Source: an uncultured Desulfosarcina sp. (lineage in GTDB: Bacteria > Desulfobacterota > Desulfobacteria > Desulfobacterales > Desulfosarcinaceae). From it: a stretch of DNA of 64,000 nt. The first letter of the stretch is position 1, and every line of letters begins with the position of its first letter. The notes under the pieces are model-generated. The model ran no database searches, had not been told where the DNA came from, and saw only the letters and a list, made by a program, of their open reading frames with translations. The position numbers and the translations under genes were made by a program. Below are positions 27,730-37,001 of the stretch, one piece after another. The DNA lies in assembly GCA_963674945.2 (NCBI GenBank), contig CAXXWQ010000003.1, positions 928,001 through 992,000 of the forward strand. The letters run 5' to 3'.

Positions 27730-28452
27730 ATGCAAATGGAGCACATACCAGAATTAATAAAAAAAATCGTGGAGAATCAGGCCAGGATTCATGCGTATCA
27801 GATTTTTAGATATGGCCATATGTCTGCCAGCACCGAGGATTACGCCCAAGCGGCTTATGAAAAAATTTGGAAAAACGATCTTTGGTCTTCCGCCGATCAT
27901 GCTTTGATTTTTATCGTCGCCCGCCGAGCCTGCATGGATTTTTCCAGAAAAATAGTCCACGGATACAGGGAGAGAAAATTACCTACATTTGTAGAACTCG
28001 ATCGGGAAATTTATCAAGAATTTGATGACCATTATTTCGAAGTGCAATCTCTTGAAACTCTTTTCAACACCCTCGATCCAAAGAAAAGGATGATCGCTGA
28101 ACATCTAAGGGCAGGATATAAGCAAAAAGAAATCGGAGAGATGCTCGGGGTTACCGAATCCCGCATTAACCAAATTTGGAAAGAAATTCTGCAATCCCTT
28201 CGAAAGCAATACTTGAAGCCGTCAATCATTCGTCAATCCAAAGTCTCAAAAAAGCCAGAACATAAAGCCAAGATAATACCCTTTAAGAAACAACGCAGAC
28301 CGTCAAAACGCACCTGTAATGAAGAGGGGTGCAACTTACCTCACCAAGCCCTTGGCAAATGCAAAAAACATTATATGCGCGAGTATATGAGAAATTACTA
28401 TCACAAGAAAAGGAGTAAACATGCTGAAACGAATTTCCATCGAAGCTATTAG
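27730..28452 (+). CDS. Phage sigma-70-like factor with C-terminal CCCH-type Zn finger
   Basis: Region-4 HTH YKQKEIGEMLGVTESRINQI; C-terminal CNEEGC...GKCKKHY. Confidence 0.7.
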   Translation: MQMEHIPELIKKIVENQARIHAYQIFRYGHMSASTEDYAQAAYEKIWKNDLWSSADHALIFIVARRACMDFSRKIVHGYRERKLPTFVELDREIYQEFDDHYFEVQSLETLFNTLDPKKRMIAEHLRAGYKQKEIGEMLGVTESRINQIWKEILQSLRKQYLKPSIIRQSKVSKKPEHKAKIIPFKKQRRPSKRTCNEEGCNLPHQALGKCKKHYMREYMRNYYHKKRSKHAETNFHRSY

Positions 28453-29209
28453 TTCAAGTGATGCCTGGTTCCAATTGGTTTATGCTGCCGTTAATGAAGG
28501 ACGAGAATTCAAAATCGATCGTGGGTCATACGCTGGCCAGATCCGTTTGGAATTTGATTGGGTTGACATCCACATCCTCAAGCCATGGTTGCGGGATTCG
28601 GAAGGCCTGCCACTGATCCCTGAAGTGCCCGAAGGGATGAACATGCCGGCGCCCACGACTAAAGAGTATGTCCGTGGATATGGTCGCTACATCATGACAG
28701 GAGTTAAGGAACCTGGTGAAGATTATACCTATGGCGAACGTTTTTGTGCAGCAGTGATCGATCTCTGTTTATTGGATGTCCAGAAGACGCCATTAATGGA
28801 TCAATACATGGTTGCCAAAGCATTGACCGCCGACGCTACCCATTATGCAACCGGTCAGATTCTCAACCAGATTGAAGCTATTATCTATACCTATAAGGTT
28901 TTCGGCGCCCGCAACAACCAAATGGTGCTTCAGGTTGCCCAACCATCCGACCTCCTTCTTGAAGATCCACCCTGCCTCCGTCATATCGACACCCGCATTC
29001 AAGATGGCCAGCTTCATTTCTTCCCCTATTTCCGATCATGGGACCTATGGGGCGGTTTCCCAGCCAATATCGCCGGTATCTCGATGCTGCAAGAGCACAT
29101 GGCAAATGAGATCGGCGTCGCCCAAGGTGAAATGATCTGCTCAAGCAAAGGACTTCACATCTACGGTTATGCCAAAGATTTAGCCAAACTCCGCACGGGC
29201 GTTCAATAA
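28421..29209 (+). CDS. thyA: Thymidylate synthase family protein (short, archaeal-like type)
   Basis: YTYGER, PPCL, FRSWD, FPAN and LHIY motifs. Confidence 0.8.
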   Translation: MLKRISIEAISSSDAWFQLVYAAVNEGREFKIDRGSYAGQIRLEFDWVDIHILKPWLRDSEGLPLIPEVPEGMNMPAPTTKEYVRGYGRYIMTGVKEPGEDYTYGERFCAAVIDLCLLDVQKTPLMDQYMVAKALTADATHYATGQILNQIEAIIYTYKVFGARNNQMVLQVAQPSDLLLEDPPCLRHIDTRIQDGQLHFFPYFRSWDLWGGFPANIAGISMLQEHMANEIGVAQGEMICSSKGLHIYGYAKDLAKLRTGVQ

Positions 29210-29309
29210 GTCAAAAGCAGTTTGTCGCTCAAAAATCAGAAAAAATGAGCCGCAAACCTTTTTGTCATTAATCAATGAGCCGCAAACCATTAAAACGGAG
29301 ATCGTAACA

Positions 29310-29477
29310 ATGGGAGAAAAGTCTATTTCGCGGAATACCATCCTCCGCATCAAAGAATCAATCGACGCCAAAGCGATGAACCATGAAGCAATCGCTCAAA
29401 AGAATAATGTACCAATGGAATTGGTCAACGATATCGCATCCGGCAAACAATATGCCTGGATGTTCAAAAGGAGGTGA
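29310..29477 (+). CDS. Small HTH-like protein
   Basis: GGAG RBS; HEAIAQKNNVPMELVNDIASGKQYAW. Confidence 0.5.
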   Translation: MGEKSISRNTILRIKESIDAKAMNHEAIAQKNNVPMELVNDIASGKQYAWMFKRR

Positions 29478-29480
29478 TCG

Positions 29481-31775
29481 ATGGTTCAGAAACTATCCGA
29501 TAATGCCTTAGCTGTTTATAAGAAATTGTATTTATCACAAATACTTGGTGAAACCGAACCATCACAGGTGCATCGCCGGGTTGCCGCATTTGCCGCTTCA
29601 TCAGAGCCAGAAAAAGGCCCGACAAATCGACAATTTATTGAAGACGTTTTTTTCAATATGATGGAAAAAAATCAATTCCGTCCCAACAGCCCCACAATGA
29701 TGAATGCCGGCGTTCACAAGAAGCCTCAACTTAGCGCCTGCTTCGTAGCAGACCTTCAGGATAATATGGAAAGCATTCTCGATTTCGACAGGGAAGCGGC
29801 TATCATTTACAAATCCGGCTCTGGAATCGGCGCCAACTATGGCATGTTGAGAGAAACGAATGCACCATTGTCAACCACTGGACGGTCTTCGGGTCCATTC
29901 GCATTCATACGGAAAAGCGCGATGACGGCTCACGCTGTGAGGTCGGGCGGAGCCAATCGAAGGGCGAGCCATATGGCAATGATGACCGATACTCACCCTG
30001 ATCTGTTGAAATTCATTTCCTTAAAGGCGGACAGTGATGAATTCGTGATTTTACCCACTGGCGAAAAAACACCTCTTTTCAGCGCAATGAATCTTTCAGT
30101 AGCGGTTTCGGATGCCATGATGCAAGCCGTCGAAAATGACAAAGATTGGAACCTCGTCGGTGTTGTCGATGGAAAAACAAAAGAAACCCTTCCCGCCAAA
30201 CTACTTTTCGAACAGATTTACGAAGCCGCATGGAAAAACGGCGACCCAGGCGTTTGGTTTATTGATCGGACCAATGAAGATAATACGGTGCCAAGTTTGG
30301 GCCGAATCGTCGCAACAAATCCATGCTCTGAACAGGCCCTTCTCCCCAGGGCCTCGTGTAATTTGGGTTCAATCAACGTAGCCGCTTTTGTTAAAAATCA
30401 AATTTTTGATTGGGAAGCGTTCAAGGCAACCACCCGGTGGGCAACCAGATTCCTTGATAATTGCATCGATCTTTCCGGATATCCCACGCCTGATTATGAA
30501 AAGATAGCATTGGATACCCGGCCGATCGGACTCGGGATAATGGGTTTTGCCGATGCTCTTATCTTGATGAAGATGAAGTACGATTCCGATGAAGCCATCG
30601 AATTTGCCAGGAAATTGGCCCGGACATTGACATCAACCGCCATTGGCGAATCTGCATTGCTTGCTCAAGCAAAAGGAGCGTTTCCACTTTTCAAGAAAAC
30701 CGAGAATCGCAATGCCTTGTTAAAAATCGTCAGAAAATTCGTCGATGATAAAGCCCTCATCAGCCAGATCCGGGATTCCGGTTTGCGGAATAGTCATTGG
30801 ACAACCATCGCACCGACGGGCAGCATATCGATATCCTGTGATTGCAGCCAGGGCATGGAACCACTTTTCGCCATTTGTTATGACAAGACAATTTCGGATA
30901 CCAACGAAGTTTGGACATTCGTAAATCCCATCTTCAAAGAGGCATATTCGAAATGTTCTTGGTATCCTGAATACATCAAAAAAATAGCAAAGAATCACGG
31001 ATCAATCGCCGGTTTGGACTTGCCAGTTGATGTCGAGATCTTCCTCACGGCTCATGATATTTACTGGAAAGGCCGCATCGACATACAGGCGGCGTTGCAA
31101 GAAGGGATATCCAATGCCATCAGTTCGACGATCAATCTTCCCAATCAAACCCCTCCAACGACAGTCAGAGATATTTACCGATACGCATGGAAAAAACGAT
31201 TAAAAGGTATCACTGTTTTTCGTGATGGGTGCCTTAAACATCAACCTGTCAATTTTGGCGGTAAAACCGAAGACGAATCTGAACCTTCGGGGCCAATAAA
31301 TCGTCCCAAAATTCGTCAGGGGTTCACCCATGAAGTCAAGACAGGTCATGGCAAAGTTTATTTCACCGTCAATTGCGACAGCAACGGCATGCCAATGGAA
31401 GTCTTTACCAATGGCGGGAAAAACGGCAGCGTCAATTCAGCCAATCTTGAAGCGATGGCTCGACTGGTTTCGATCGCGCTTCAAGAAGGTATTCATCCAG
31501 AACGTCTGGCCAGAACCATCGAGAATATTAACGATGGCACCATTGCCTGGGATAAACTTGCCGAATCGGACGAAAAAGCCATGCCGATTATCAGTATTCC
31601 AGATGCTATGGGCAAAATTCTACACCGATTTTATTGCACCAAAAACTCTTTCGCCGAAGCACAGATCAATATAGCCAATAATCAACCAATTCGAAGATGC
31701 GAAAAGTGCAACAGCCCAACCTACATGAGCGAAGGTTGTGAATTTTGCCCGAATTGCGGGTCCAAATGCGGATGA
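29481..31775 (+). CDS. nrdJ: Class II (AdoCbl-dependent) ribonucleotide reductase with TSCPD-like domain and Zn ribbon
   Basis: PNSPTMMNAG, SACF, TNPCSEQ, CNLGS, TIAPTGS; C-terminal CEKC...CPNC. Confidence 0.92.
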   Translation: MVQKLSDNALAVYKKLYLSQILGETEPSQVHRRVAAFAASSEPEKGPTNRQFIEDVFFNMMEKNQFRPNSPTMMNAGVHKKPQLSACFVADLQDNMESILDFDREAAIIYKSGSGIGANYGMLRETNAPLSTTGRSSGPFAFIRKSAMTAHAVRSGGANRRASHMAMMTDTHPDLLKFISLKADSDEFVILPTGEKTPLFSAMNLSVAVSDAMMQAVENDKDWNLVGVVDGKTKETLPAKLLFEQIYEAAWKNGDPGVWFIDRTNEDNTVPSLGRIVATNPCSEQALLPRASCNLGSINVAAFVKNQIFDWEAFKATTRWATRFLDNCIDLSGYPTPDYEKIALDTRPIGLGIMGFADALILMKMKYDSDEAIEFARKLARTLTSTAIGESALLAQAKGAFPLFKKTENRNALLKIVRKFVDDKALISQIRDSGLRNSHWTTIAPTGSISISCDCSQGMEPLFAICYDKTISDTNEVWTFVNPIFKEAYSKCSWYPEYIKKIAKNHGSIAGLDLPVDVEIFLTAHDIYWKGRIDIQAALQEGISNAISSTINLPNQTPPTTVRDIYRYAWKKRLKGITVFRDGCLKHQPVNFGGKTEDESEPSGPINRPKIRQGFTHEVKTGHGKVYFTVNCDSNGMPMEVFTNGGKNGSVNSANLEAMARLVSIALQEGIHPERLARTIENINDGTIAWDKLAESDEKAMPIISIPDAMGKILHRFYCTKNSFAEAQINIANNQPIRRCEKCNSPTYMSEGCEFCPNCGSKCG

Positions 31776-31840
31776 TCATTTTTATCTTTGGAACACATTC
31801 TAACTAATTACAATGATACAAAGTTATGGAAAGGGCTATC

Positions 31841-32461
31841 ATGAGCAAAGAATTTGAGATGATTGTTGGCGCCGAACGGGATTACATCATGGACCCCGGT
31901 TTTTCGATTAATGGCTTTCGACCCATTGGCCCCACCGTCGATGCGATCTTGAACCGGTTCACCAAACGTATGCGCTTTGCCTGGCGCGGCCAAGTCGAAA
32001 ACGATCCTTCGTTTTTGCAATTCATCCCTTATTGCCTGGTCACGCAAGGTGACAGAGTTTTCCTGATGCGGCGTCTGGAAAACGGCGAGGAATCCCGGCT
32101 TCACAATAAACATTCCATCGGCGTCGGCGGCCATATGAACCCGATAGTACAGGTATCCCCGATAAAATTAATCGAAGAGAACATGTTTCGGGAACTCAAT
32201 GAGGAGATAATTATTTCATTTCCTCAACCGGACAGAAAGTTCCCGTTTGAAATCATCGGGTTGCTGTTTTCAGACAAAACGCCCGTGGATATGGTTCATT
32301 TGGGCGTCATTTACAGAATTGATCTGCCGATGGGCGCGACCGTCAGGATCAGAGAAAAGGATCAATTGAAGGGTAAATTCGTATCCTTCAACGAGGCTGC
32401 AACCGCCCCGAATTTGGAAACATGGTCGAAAATTTGTCTTGATGAATATCTCATCAATTGA
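31841..32461 (+). CDS. Nudix-family phosphoesterase
   Basis: QFIPY...RLHNKHSIGVGGHMN...RELNEE. Confidence 0.8.
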   Translation: MSKEFEMIVGAERDYIMDPGFSINGFRPIGPTVDAILNRFTKRMRFAWRGQVENDPSFLQFIPYCLVTQGDRVFLMRRLENGEESRLHNKHSIGVGGHMNPIVQVSPIKLIEENMFRELNEEIIISFPQPDRKFPFEIIGLLFSDKTPVDMVHLGVIYRIDLPMGATVRIREKDQLKGKFVSFNEAATAPNLETWSKICLDEYLIN

Positions 32462-33019
32462 ATGGAGGAAGCTATGTTGCAAATCATCGTTATCAATGGA
32501 GTAGCGGAAAACGGAAAGGATTCATTCGTCAAATATTGCGACGGGTTTTTCCCCGGGATGGTCTTCAACCACAGCACAGTGTCAACTGTGAAGGAGGCCG
32601 CAAAATTGTTTGGCGCCGACGAAGCGGTCTGCAAAGGTGAAGCCGAACGGCGGCTTTGGTCCGACATGAAGGATGCTTATACCCGATATTGCGATGGTCC
32701 ATTCAAAGAGATCGTAGAACGGATCGACATCCTGGATCGGGCTTATGGCCAAACATCAAATTCACTCATATTCCTTCACATCCGCGAACCGGGTGAAATA
32801 AAAAAGGTCAAAGACAAATATCCGGATCGTTGCGTGGTCATTTTGGTCAGCAATGAAAACTTGGAACATGTCCCCGAAAATCATGCAGATCAGAATGTCC
32901 GTAATTACAACTATGACAAACTCATCCAGAACAACGACAGTTTGGATGATCTAAAAAACGAAGCCCGAATCTTTGTTGAGGACATTTTAAAAAAAATGCC
33001 CGAAATTCTTTGTAATTAA
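32462..33019 (+). CDS. P-loop kinase (dNMP-kinase-like)
   Basis: INGVAENGKDSF; HIREPGEI; NHAD. Confidence 0.65.
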   Translation: MEEAMLQIIVINGVAENGKDSFVKYCDGFFPGMVFNHSTVSTVKEAAKLFGADEAVCKGEAERRLWSDMKDAYTRYCDGPFKEIVERIDILDRAYGQTSNSLIFLHIREPGEIKKVKDKYPDRCVVILVSNENLEHVPENHADQNVRNYNYDKLIQNNDSLDDLKNEARIFVEDILKKMPEILCN

Positions 33020-33036
33020 TTACTTTGGAGGAACCA

Positions 33037-33315
33037 ATGGAGGCACCGAAAAAATCGAGACAAATCCGAAGGGCCGAACGGCGAACTGCAGCAAAAAAGC
33101 AGCCTGACTATCAGGAATTGAAAAATCAGTTAATAAAAGCCGTCACTCTCCTTCAGCAAGAGCAACTCCATCTCAGTACCATCTATCGGTTGCTGCTGGA
33201 AAAGAAGGTATTCACAACGGAAGAGTTCCAAAAGAAACAACTCCAGATCGTCCAAGAGATGACCACGAAACCTCAATTGCAGGCAACGCCGATAAAGGAG
33301 GCTCAAAATGCGTAA
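33037..33315 (+). CDS. Hypothetical phage protein
   Basis: GGAGG RBS; helical ORF. Confidence 0.6.
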   Translation: MEAPKKSRQIRRAERRTAAKKQPDYQELKNQLIKAVTLLQQEQLHLSTIYRLLLEKKVFTTEEFQKKQLQIVQEMTTKPQLQATPIKEAQNA

Positions 33316-33421
33316 GTTTACAAATCCGGGATCGGTCACCATCACCAGTGAATATCGAAAATACCGGAAGAAACGAAACAGAATGGCTCAATCAAGCCGC
33401 CGGCGCAACAGACAAAATTGA
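33308..33421 (+). CDS. Very basic 37-aa peptide
   Basis: AAGGAGG RBS; MRKFTNPGSV...KKRNRMAQSSRRRNRQN, read manually. Confidence 0.45.
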   Translation: MRKFTNPGSVTITSEYRKYRKKRNRMAQSSRRRNRQN

Positions 33422-33457
33422 TATGGAAACTCAATCTGAATATATGGAGACTCTATT

Positions 33458-33781
33458 ATGATTTCAATTCCCGACACACCGCCGCCTGGCACTGTTGATC
33501 GCCGAGACGGCAGCACGAAAGGTGAATGCGGTATTACGACAACCGGGTGCCTGTTCTGTAAAGATCAGATCGCCGGATCATCCACATACGTCCAAAACTA
33601 CGATCAAATGAAATGGGGCCCCAGAGATGGCTGCCAATTCGCCACCTGCCCTTTTTGGGGACAATCGGATTGCTGGTATCAAATGGTAGACCGGAAACGC
33701 GTTCCCAAAACAGAATGCCCCATTTATAAAAGGAAGCAATTGACCGGTGTATGGGAAGATGTAGAAAGGGAAGAACTATGA
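33458..33781 (+). CDS. Cys-rich hypothetical protein
   Basis: GGAGA RBS; seven Cys; ATGA overlap with next gene. Confidence 0.6.
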   Translation: MISIPDTPPPGTVDRRDGSTKGECGITTTGCLFCKDQIAGSSTYVQNYDQMKWGPRDGCQFATCPFWGQSDCWYQMVDRKRVPKTECPIYKRKQLTGVWEDVEREEL

Positions 33782-34110
33782 AAGTGAAAAGAGGTTGGAT
33801 TGGTTTCGACCTTGATGGCACTTTGGCCAATACCAGGACACCGACTGAAAATCTTCAAAGTATAGGTGAACCGATCCCGGATATGATCAAACGATTAAAG
33901 GATCATTTGAAAAAAGGATGGAAAGTGAAGATCCTCACCGCCCGAGCAAATGATCCTCGTCAAATTCCGTTAATTCAACAATGGTTGAAAGATTGCAACT
34001 TGCCCAGCAACATCGAAATCACATCCAAAAAAGATTATGACATGATCTGTTTTTATGATGATCGAGCCATAACCGTCGAACGAAATACTGGTCGCGTCGT
34101 TATCAAATAA
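33778..34110 (+). CDS. HAD-superfamily phosphatase (PNKP-phosphatase-like)
   Basis: IGFDLDGTLA, ILTAR, FYDDRA. Confidence 0.8.
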   Translation: MKVKRGWIGFDLDGTLANTRTPTENLQSIGEPIPDMIKRLKDHLKKGWKVKILTARANDPRQIPLIQQWLKDCNLPSNIEITSKKDYDMICFYDDRAITVERNTGRVVIK

Positions 34111-34116
34111 TTCAAC

Positions 34117-34148
34117 GCCCCCGACTTCGGTCGGGGGCATCTTTTTTT
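34117..34148 (+). terminator. Rho-independent terminator with cUUCGg loop
   Basis: GCCCCCGAC-TTCG-GTCGGGGGC followed by T tract. Confidence 0.85.
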
Positions 34149-34167
34149 GTTTTGAAAGGTAATTCCT

Positions 34168-34365
34168 ATGGAAAATAACAGAACGATCGAACCAATTTTG
34201 CTGACAATCAAAGAAACAGCTAAATATCTGAATATCTCTCCGAGAACCATCTATAACGGCGTTGCACCCAATTCATTGAACCCTTTTCCCGTCAGACCCA
34301 AACGGCTGGGCCGCAAAGTGCTTTTCCACAAGAAAGACCTTGATACATATTTGGAGACACTATAA
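34168..34365 (+). CDS. Excisionase-like HTH protein
   Basis: LLTIKETAKYLNISPRTIYN...RLGRKVLF; directly upstream of the integrase. Confidence 0.85.
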   Translation: MENNRTIEPILLTIKETAKYLNISPRTIYNGVAPNSLNPFPVRPKRLGRKVLFHKKDLDTYLETL

Positions 34366-34422
34366 AAAAAATCATCTGCAGTTCAATTTCCTACCCATCC
34401 CAAAAAAAAGAAAGAACTTATT

Positions 34423-35571
34423 ATGGCCATAATGGTTCAATGCCCCCAATGTTGGAAACGTCGTTCATTAAAACATGATATATGCCCAGGTTGCGGTTTT
34501 GATCTCAAAAATGCCCGAAAACATAAAAAAGTCAAATATGTTGCGTATCTTTTTTATTCCTCAATAAACAAAAGAAAAAGTGAATATTTTGAAACCCTTA
34601 AAGAAGCTCAAGACGCTGAAAGAGAACACCAACAAATTAGAACAGAACAAGAAGATGATACCGCTTTATATTTAGGTGAAAAAGTAACCGTCGAGGGTTT
34701 GCTTAAATGGTTTTTAAGATTGAAAAAAATTCAGAAAACCGCACGTTATAAAAATGGAGTGTATTCTGCACATCGAAAACTTATCAACGCGGGCCTTGGA
34801 CCATATCCGGTAGTCAAATTGTCTTTGACAACATTGGAAGATTTTCAAGCCGACTTGGAAGAGAATTATAAATCCAATTATGTCGATTCGATATTTAAAA
34901 CCTTAAAACAAGCAATTAATAAAGGAGTGGATGATGACCAATTGCCAATAAAGGTTTTGAAACCTTTTCGAAAATTTAAGCCGAGCATGGCCAATAAAAA
35001 TGCCGATGCGCGATACCGGATTATCACACCCGAAGAATTCGATTTACTTTATCAAAAAGCACTTCCCCATCATAAACCATATCTGGCTTTGTTGTATTGG
35101 TCTGGTATGAGGCCCGGGGAGGCGCGGAATCTGGTTTGGTCGCAAGTTTATCTTAAACGTCAACAAATCATATTGGAATCTGAAGATACCAAGACCGAAG
35201 ACCCACGCATCGTCCCGATCGCTCCTCCATTAGTTGAAATCCTTAAAAACCATCCCCGAGCATTAAAAACGGACTGTGTTTTTAATTATCGTGGAGAGCC
35301 ATTAAAAAATATTTATAATAGTATGCGGGATTTATCAAAAAAAGTTGGTATTCCATGGGGTCGAAAAATTAGAGGCGGCTGGACGCTTCACGACTTACGA
35401 CACACCTGGGTGACAAATGCCAGGAAAGCTGGAGTTGCCGAATCAGTTATTATGAAAATCACAGGTCATAGGACTCGTGAAATGTTTGATAGATATAATT
35501 TTGTAGATGAATCAGATGCAATGAAGGCTGGAGACCTTTTAACCGATTTTATGAATAAGAGGATAGGATAA
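34423..35571 (+). CDS. Tyrosine integrase
   Basis: SGMRPGE, HDLRH, ITGH and RY catalytic motifs; N-terminal CPQC...CPGC. Confidence 0.93.
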   Translation: MAIMVQCPQCWKRRSLKHDICPGCGFDLKNARKHKKVKYVAYLFYSSINKRKSEYFETLKEAQDAEREHQQIRTEQEDDTALYLGEKVTVEGLLKWFLRLKKIQKTARYKNGVYSAHRKLINAGLGPYPVVKLSLTTLEDFQADLEENYKSNYVDSIFKTLKQAINKGVDDDQLPIKVLKPFRKFKPSMANKNADARYRIITPEEFDLLYQKALPHHKPYLALLYWSGMRPGEARNLVWSQVYLKRQQIILESEDTKTEDPRIVPIAPPLVEILKNHPRALKTDCVFNYRGEPLKNIYNSMRDLSKKVGIPWGRKIRGGWTLHDLRHTWVTNARKAGVAESVIMKITGHRTREMFDRYNFVDESDAMKAGDLLTDFMNKRIG

Positions 35572-35582
35572 AAATATATGTA

Positions 35583-35658
35583 TTCCGGAAACGGCTGGAG
35601 TAACAATGTTCCAAAAGGAAGGGAAAACACTATGAATTCCGGAAACGTTCCGGAAACG
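35583..35658 (+). repeat. Three TTCCGGAAACG direct repeats (candidate integrase arm sites)
   Basis: Exact copies at 35583-35593, 35637-35647 and 35648-35658. Confidence 0.7.
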
Positions 35659-35805
35659 GAGTTCCCAATGTTATATCATTTTCACTGTAATTACTTACTT
35701 TTTCTTGATTCTCCTAAATCTTTTATTCAATTGTTTTTATTGATTTTTTATGCATTGTAACTACTTACTATTATTGTAATTTTTTAGTTTAAAAACCCCA
35801 AATCA

Positions 35806-35862
35806 ATCTTGAGGGGGTAGTGGCCAACGGTCGTGCGGGTTCAAGTCCCGCCCTCGGCACCA
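35806..35862 (+). tRNA. 3' fragment of tRNA-Leu(GAG); prophage att site
   Basis: ATCTT-GAG-GGGGTAG anticodon arm, long variable arm, GGTTCAAGTCC T-arm, CCA end; 5' half absent. Confidence 0.85.
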
Positions 35863-35871
35863 TAAATAATT

Positions 35872-35911
35872 AAAGGGTTTGGAGAGATGATGCCTCTTCA
35901 AGCCTTTTTTT
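35872..35911 (+). terminator. Terminator downstream of the tRNA fragment
   Basis: AAAGGGTTTGGAGAG...CTCTTCAAGCCTTTTTTT. Confidence 0.6.
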
Positions 35912-36456
35912 ATTGGTATTTACAGGGTGGGGTTTTCCAAAAACATCATCCCATGATCCATATTCGTACTGCTGTCGTACCTTATTAACCGCCTTACAAA
36001 GATCTTTTGATAGCCAATGAGGTATTGGTATCGTTTCTTCAATGTTCCGCTTTCATCTGCACCTCTCGAAAGTGCGCTTGATGGGAAGCCAGGGAAGGGC
36101 CGGTCGAGAATCCCGGCCATTCGGTCCCGATGACCCGTCGGGGCCTATCCCTGGTTGCGAATGGAAAAATCTATGATTCAGAGAGTTCCGCACAACATAT
36201 ACCAATTATGACATTCATTTCCCTTATTGGTTGGCGTAAAAAGTTGTTGTGCAAAGCAGCAGTTAAAAAATCATCTAATAACTGATTATCATTTATTATT
36301 TAAAAGTGACCCATGGTCATTTATTTCTTGACCATCCGTTTTTTATTACTTATTTTCCACCAAATGATAGCAGGTCAGTACACAAAAGCCCGATCGGCAC
36401 TCAGGTTATTACGAATGACACGATTGAATGTAAAAACAAATAGAAGAGGTTTTATT

Positions 36457-36750
36457 ATGAAAAAGACCTTTATCACCTTACTGGTGATGGCATCCTTCGG
36501 CATAGCATCTTCGGCCCATGCTTTTTTTGATCCCATTAATACGCCATTAATAGGAATCTTTGGCGGTCTCTTAAATGGATTTAACACTCCAGAGAACCAG
36601 ACCGACGATCAGCAGATGGTATGTGTTCATGTCAAAGATGTGAAAAATGAAAAGGCCAAAAAACAGACCAAAATTGAACCGGAGAAATTTAATATTCCTA
36701 CCTTGCCAATGGTGCTTTCCTTCATTGGGGGCAGCTCCATTCATTTCTGA
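36457..36750 (+). CDS. Small secreted protein, paralog A
   Basis: GAGG RBS; signal peptide MKKTFITLLVMASFGIASSAHA. Confidence 0.65.
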   Translation: MKKTFITLLVMASFGIASSAHAFFDPINTPLIGIFGGLLNGFNTPENQTDDQQMVCVHVKDVKNEKAKKQTKIEPEKFNIPTLPMVLSFIGGSSIHF

Positions 36751-36948
36751 ATATAGTGTATCAAAATGGCCGCACCATAGCGGGGTAATGGTCTCGCTGG
36801 TCATTTTTTGGTCAAGAAGGGGCAAAAAACAGCCCCCTGTTTCCCTACCCTTCGCTGAGATTCCCATTTTGTACCGAAGTTCTCAACAGATTGAACTTAC
36901 AAGTTCTCTCTGTTTGCCTGCTTTTCAATGTAATTCCAGACACATGGA

Positions 36949-37001
36949 TTGACGGGGCAGTGACCAACGGTCGTGCGGGTTCAAGTCCCACCCTCGCACC
37001 A
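36949..37001 (+). pseudogene. Second, degenerate tRNA-Leu 3' fragment (older att scar)
   Basis: TTGACGGGGCAGTGACCAACGGTCGTGCGGGTTCAAGTCCCACCCTCGCACCA resembles 35809-35862; hairpin follows at 37015-37050. Confidence 0.75.

Larger units (their letters stand above)
1..35862 (+). mobile_element. Right arm of a large integrated prophage (left end lies outside the window)
   Basis: Co-oriented phage-type replication, recombination and nucleotide genes; ends with xis, int and a tRNA-Leu 3' fragment; the recurring intergenic motif stops at this boundary. Confidence 0.85.

Noticed and set aside
35699..35710. Short match (TTTTCTTGATT) between the reverse complement of the mini-array spacer and the att region
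   Set aside because: Only about 11 AT-rich bases; expected by chance.
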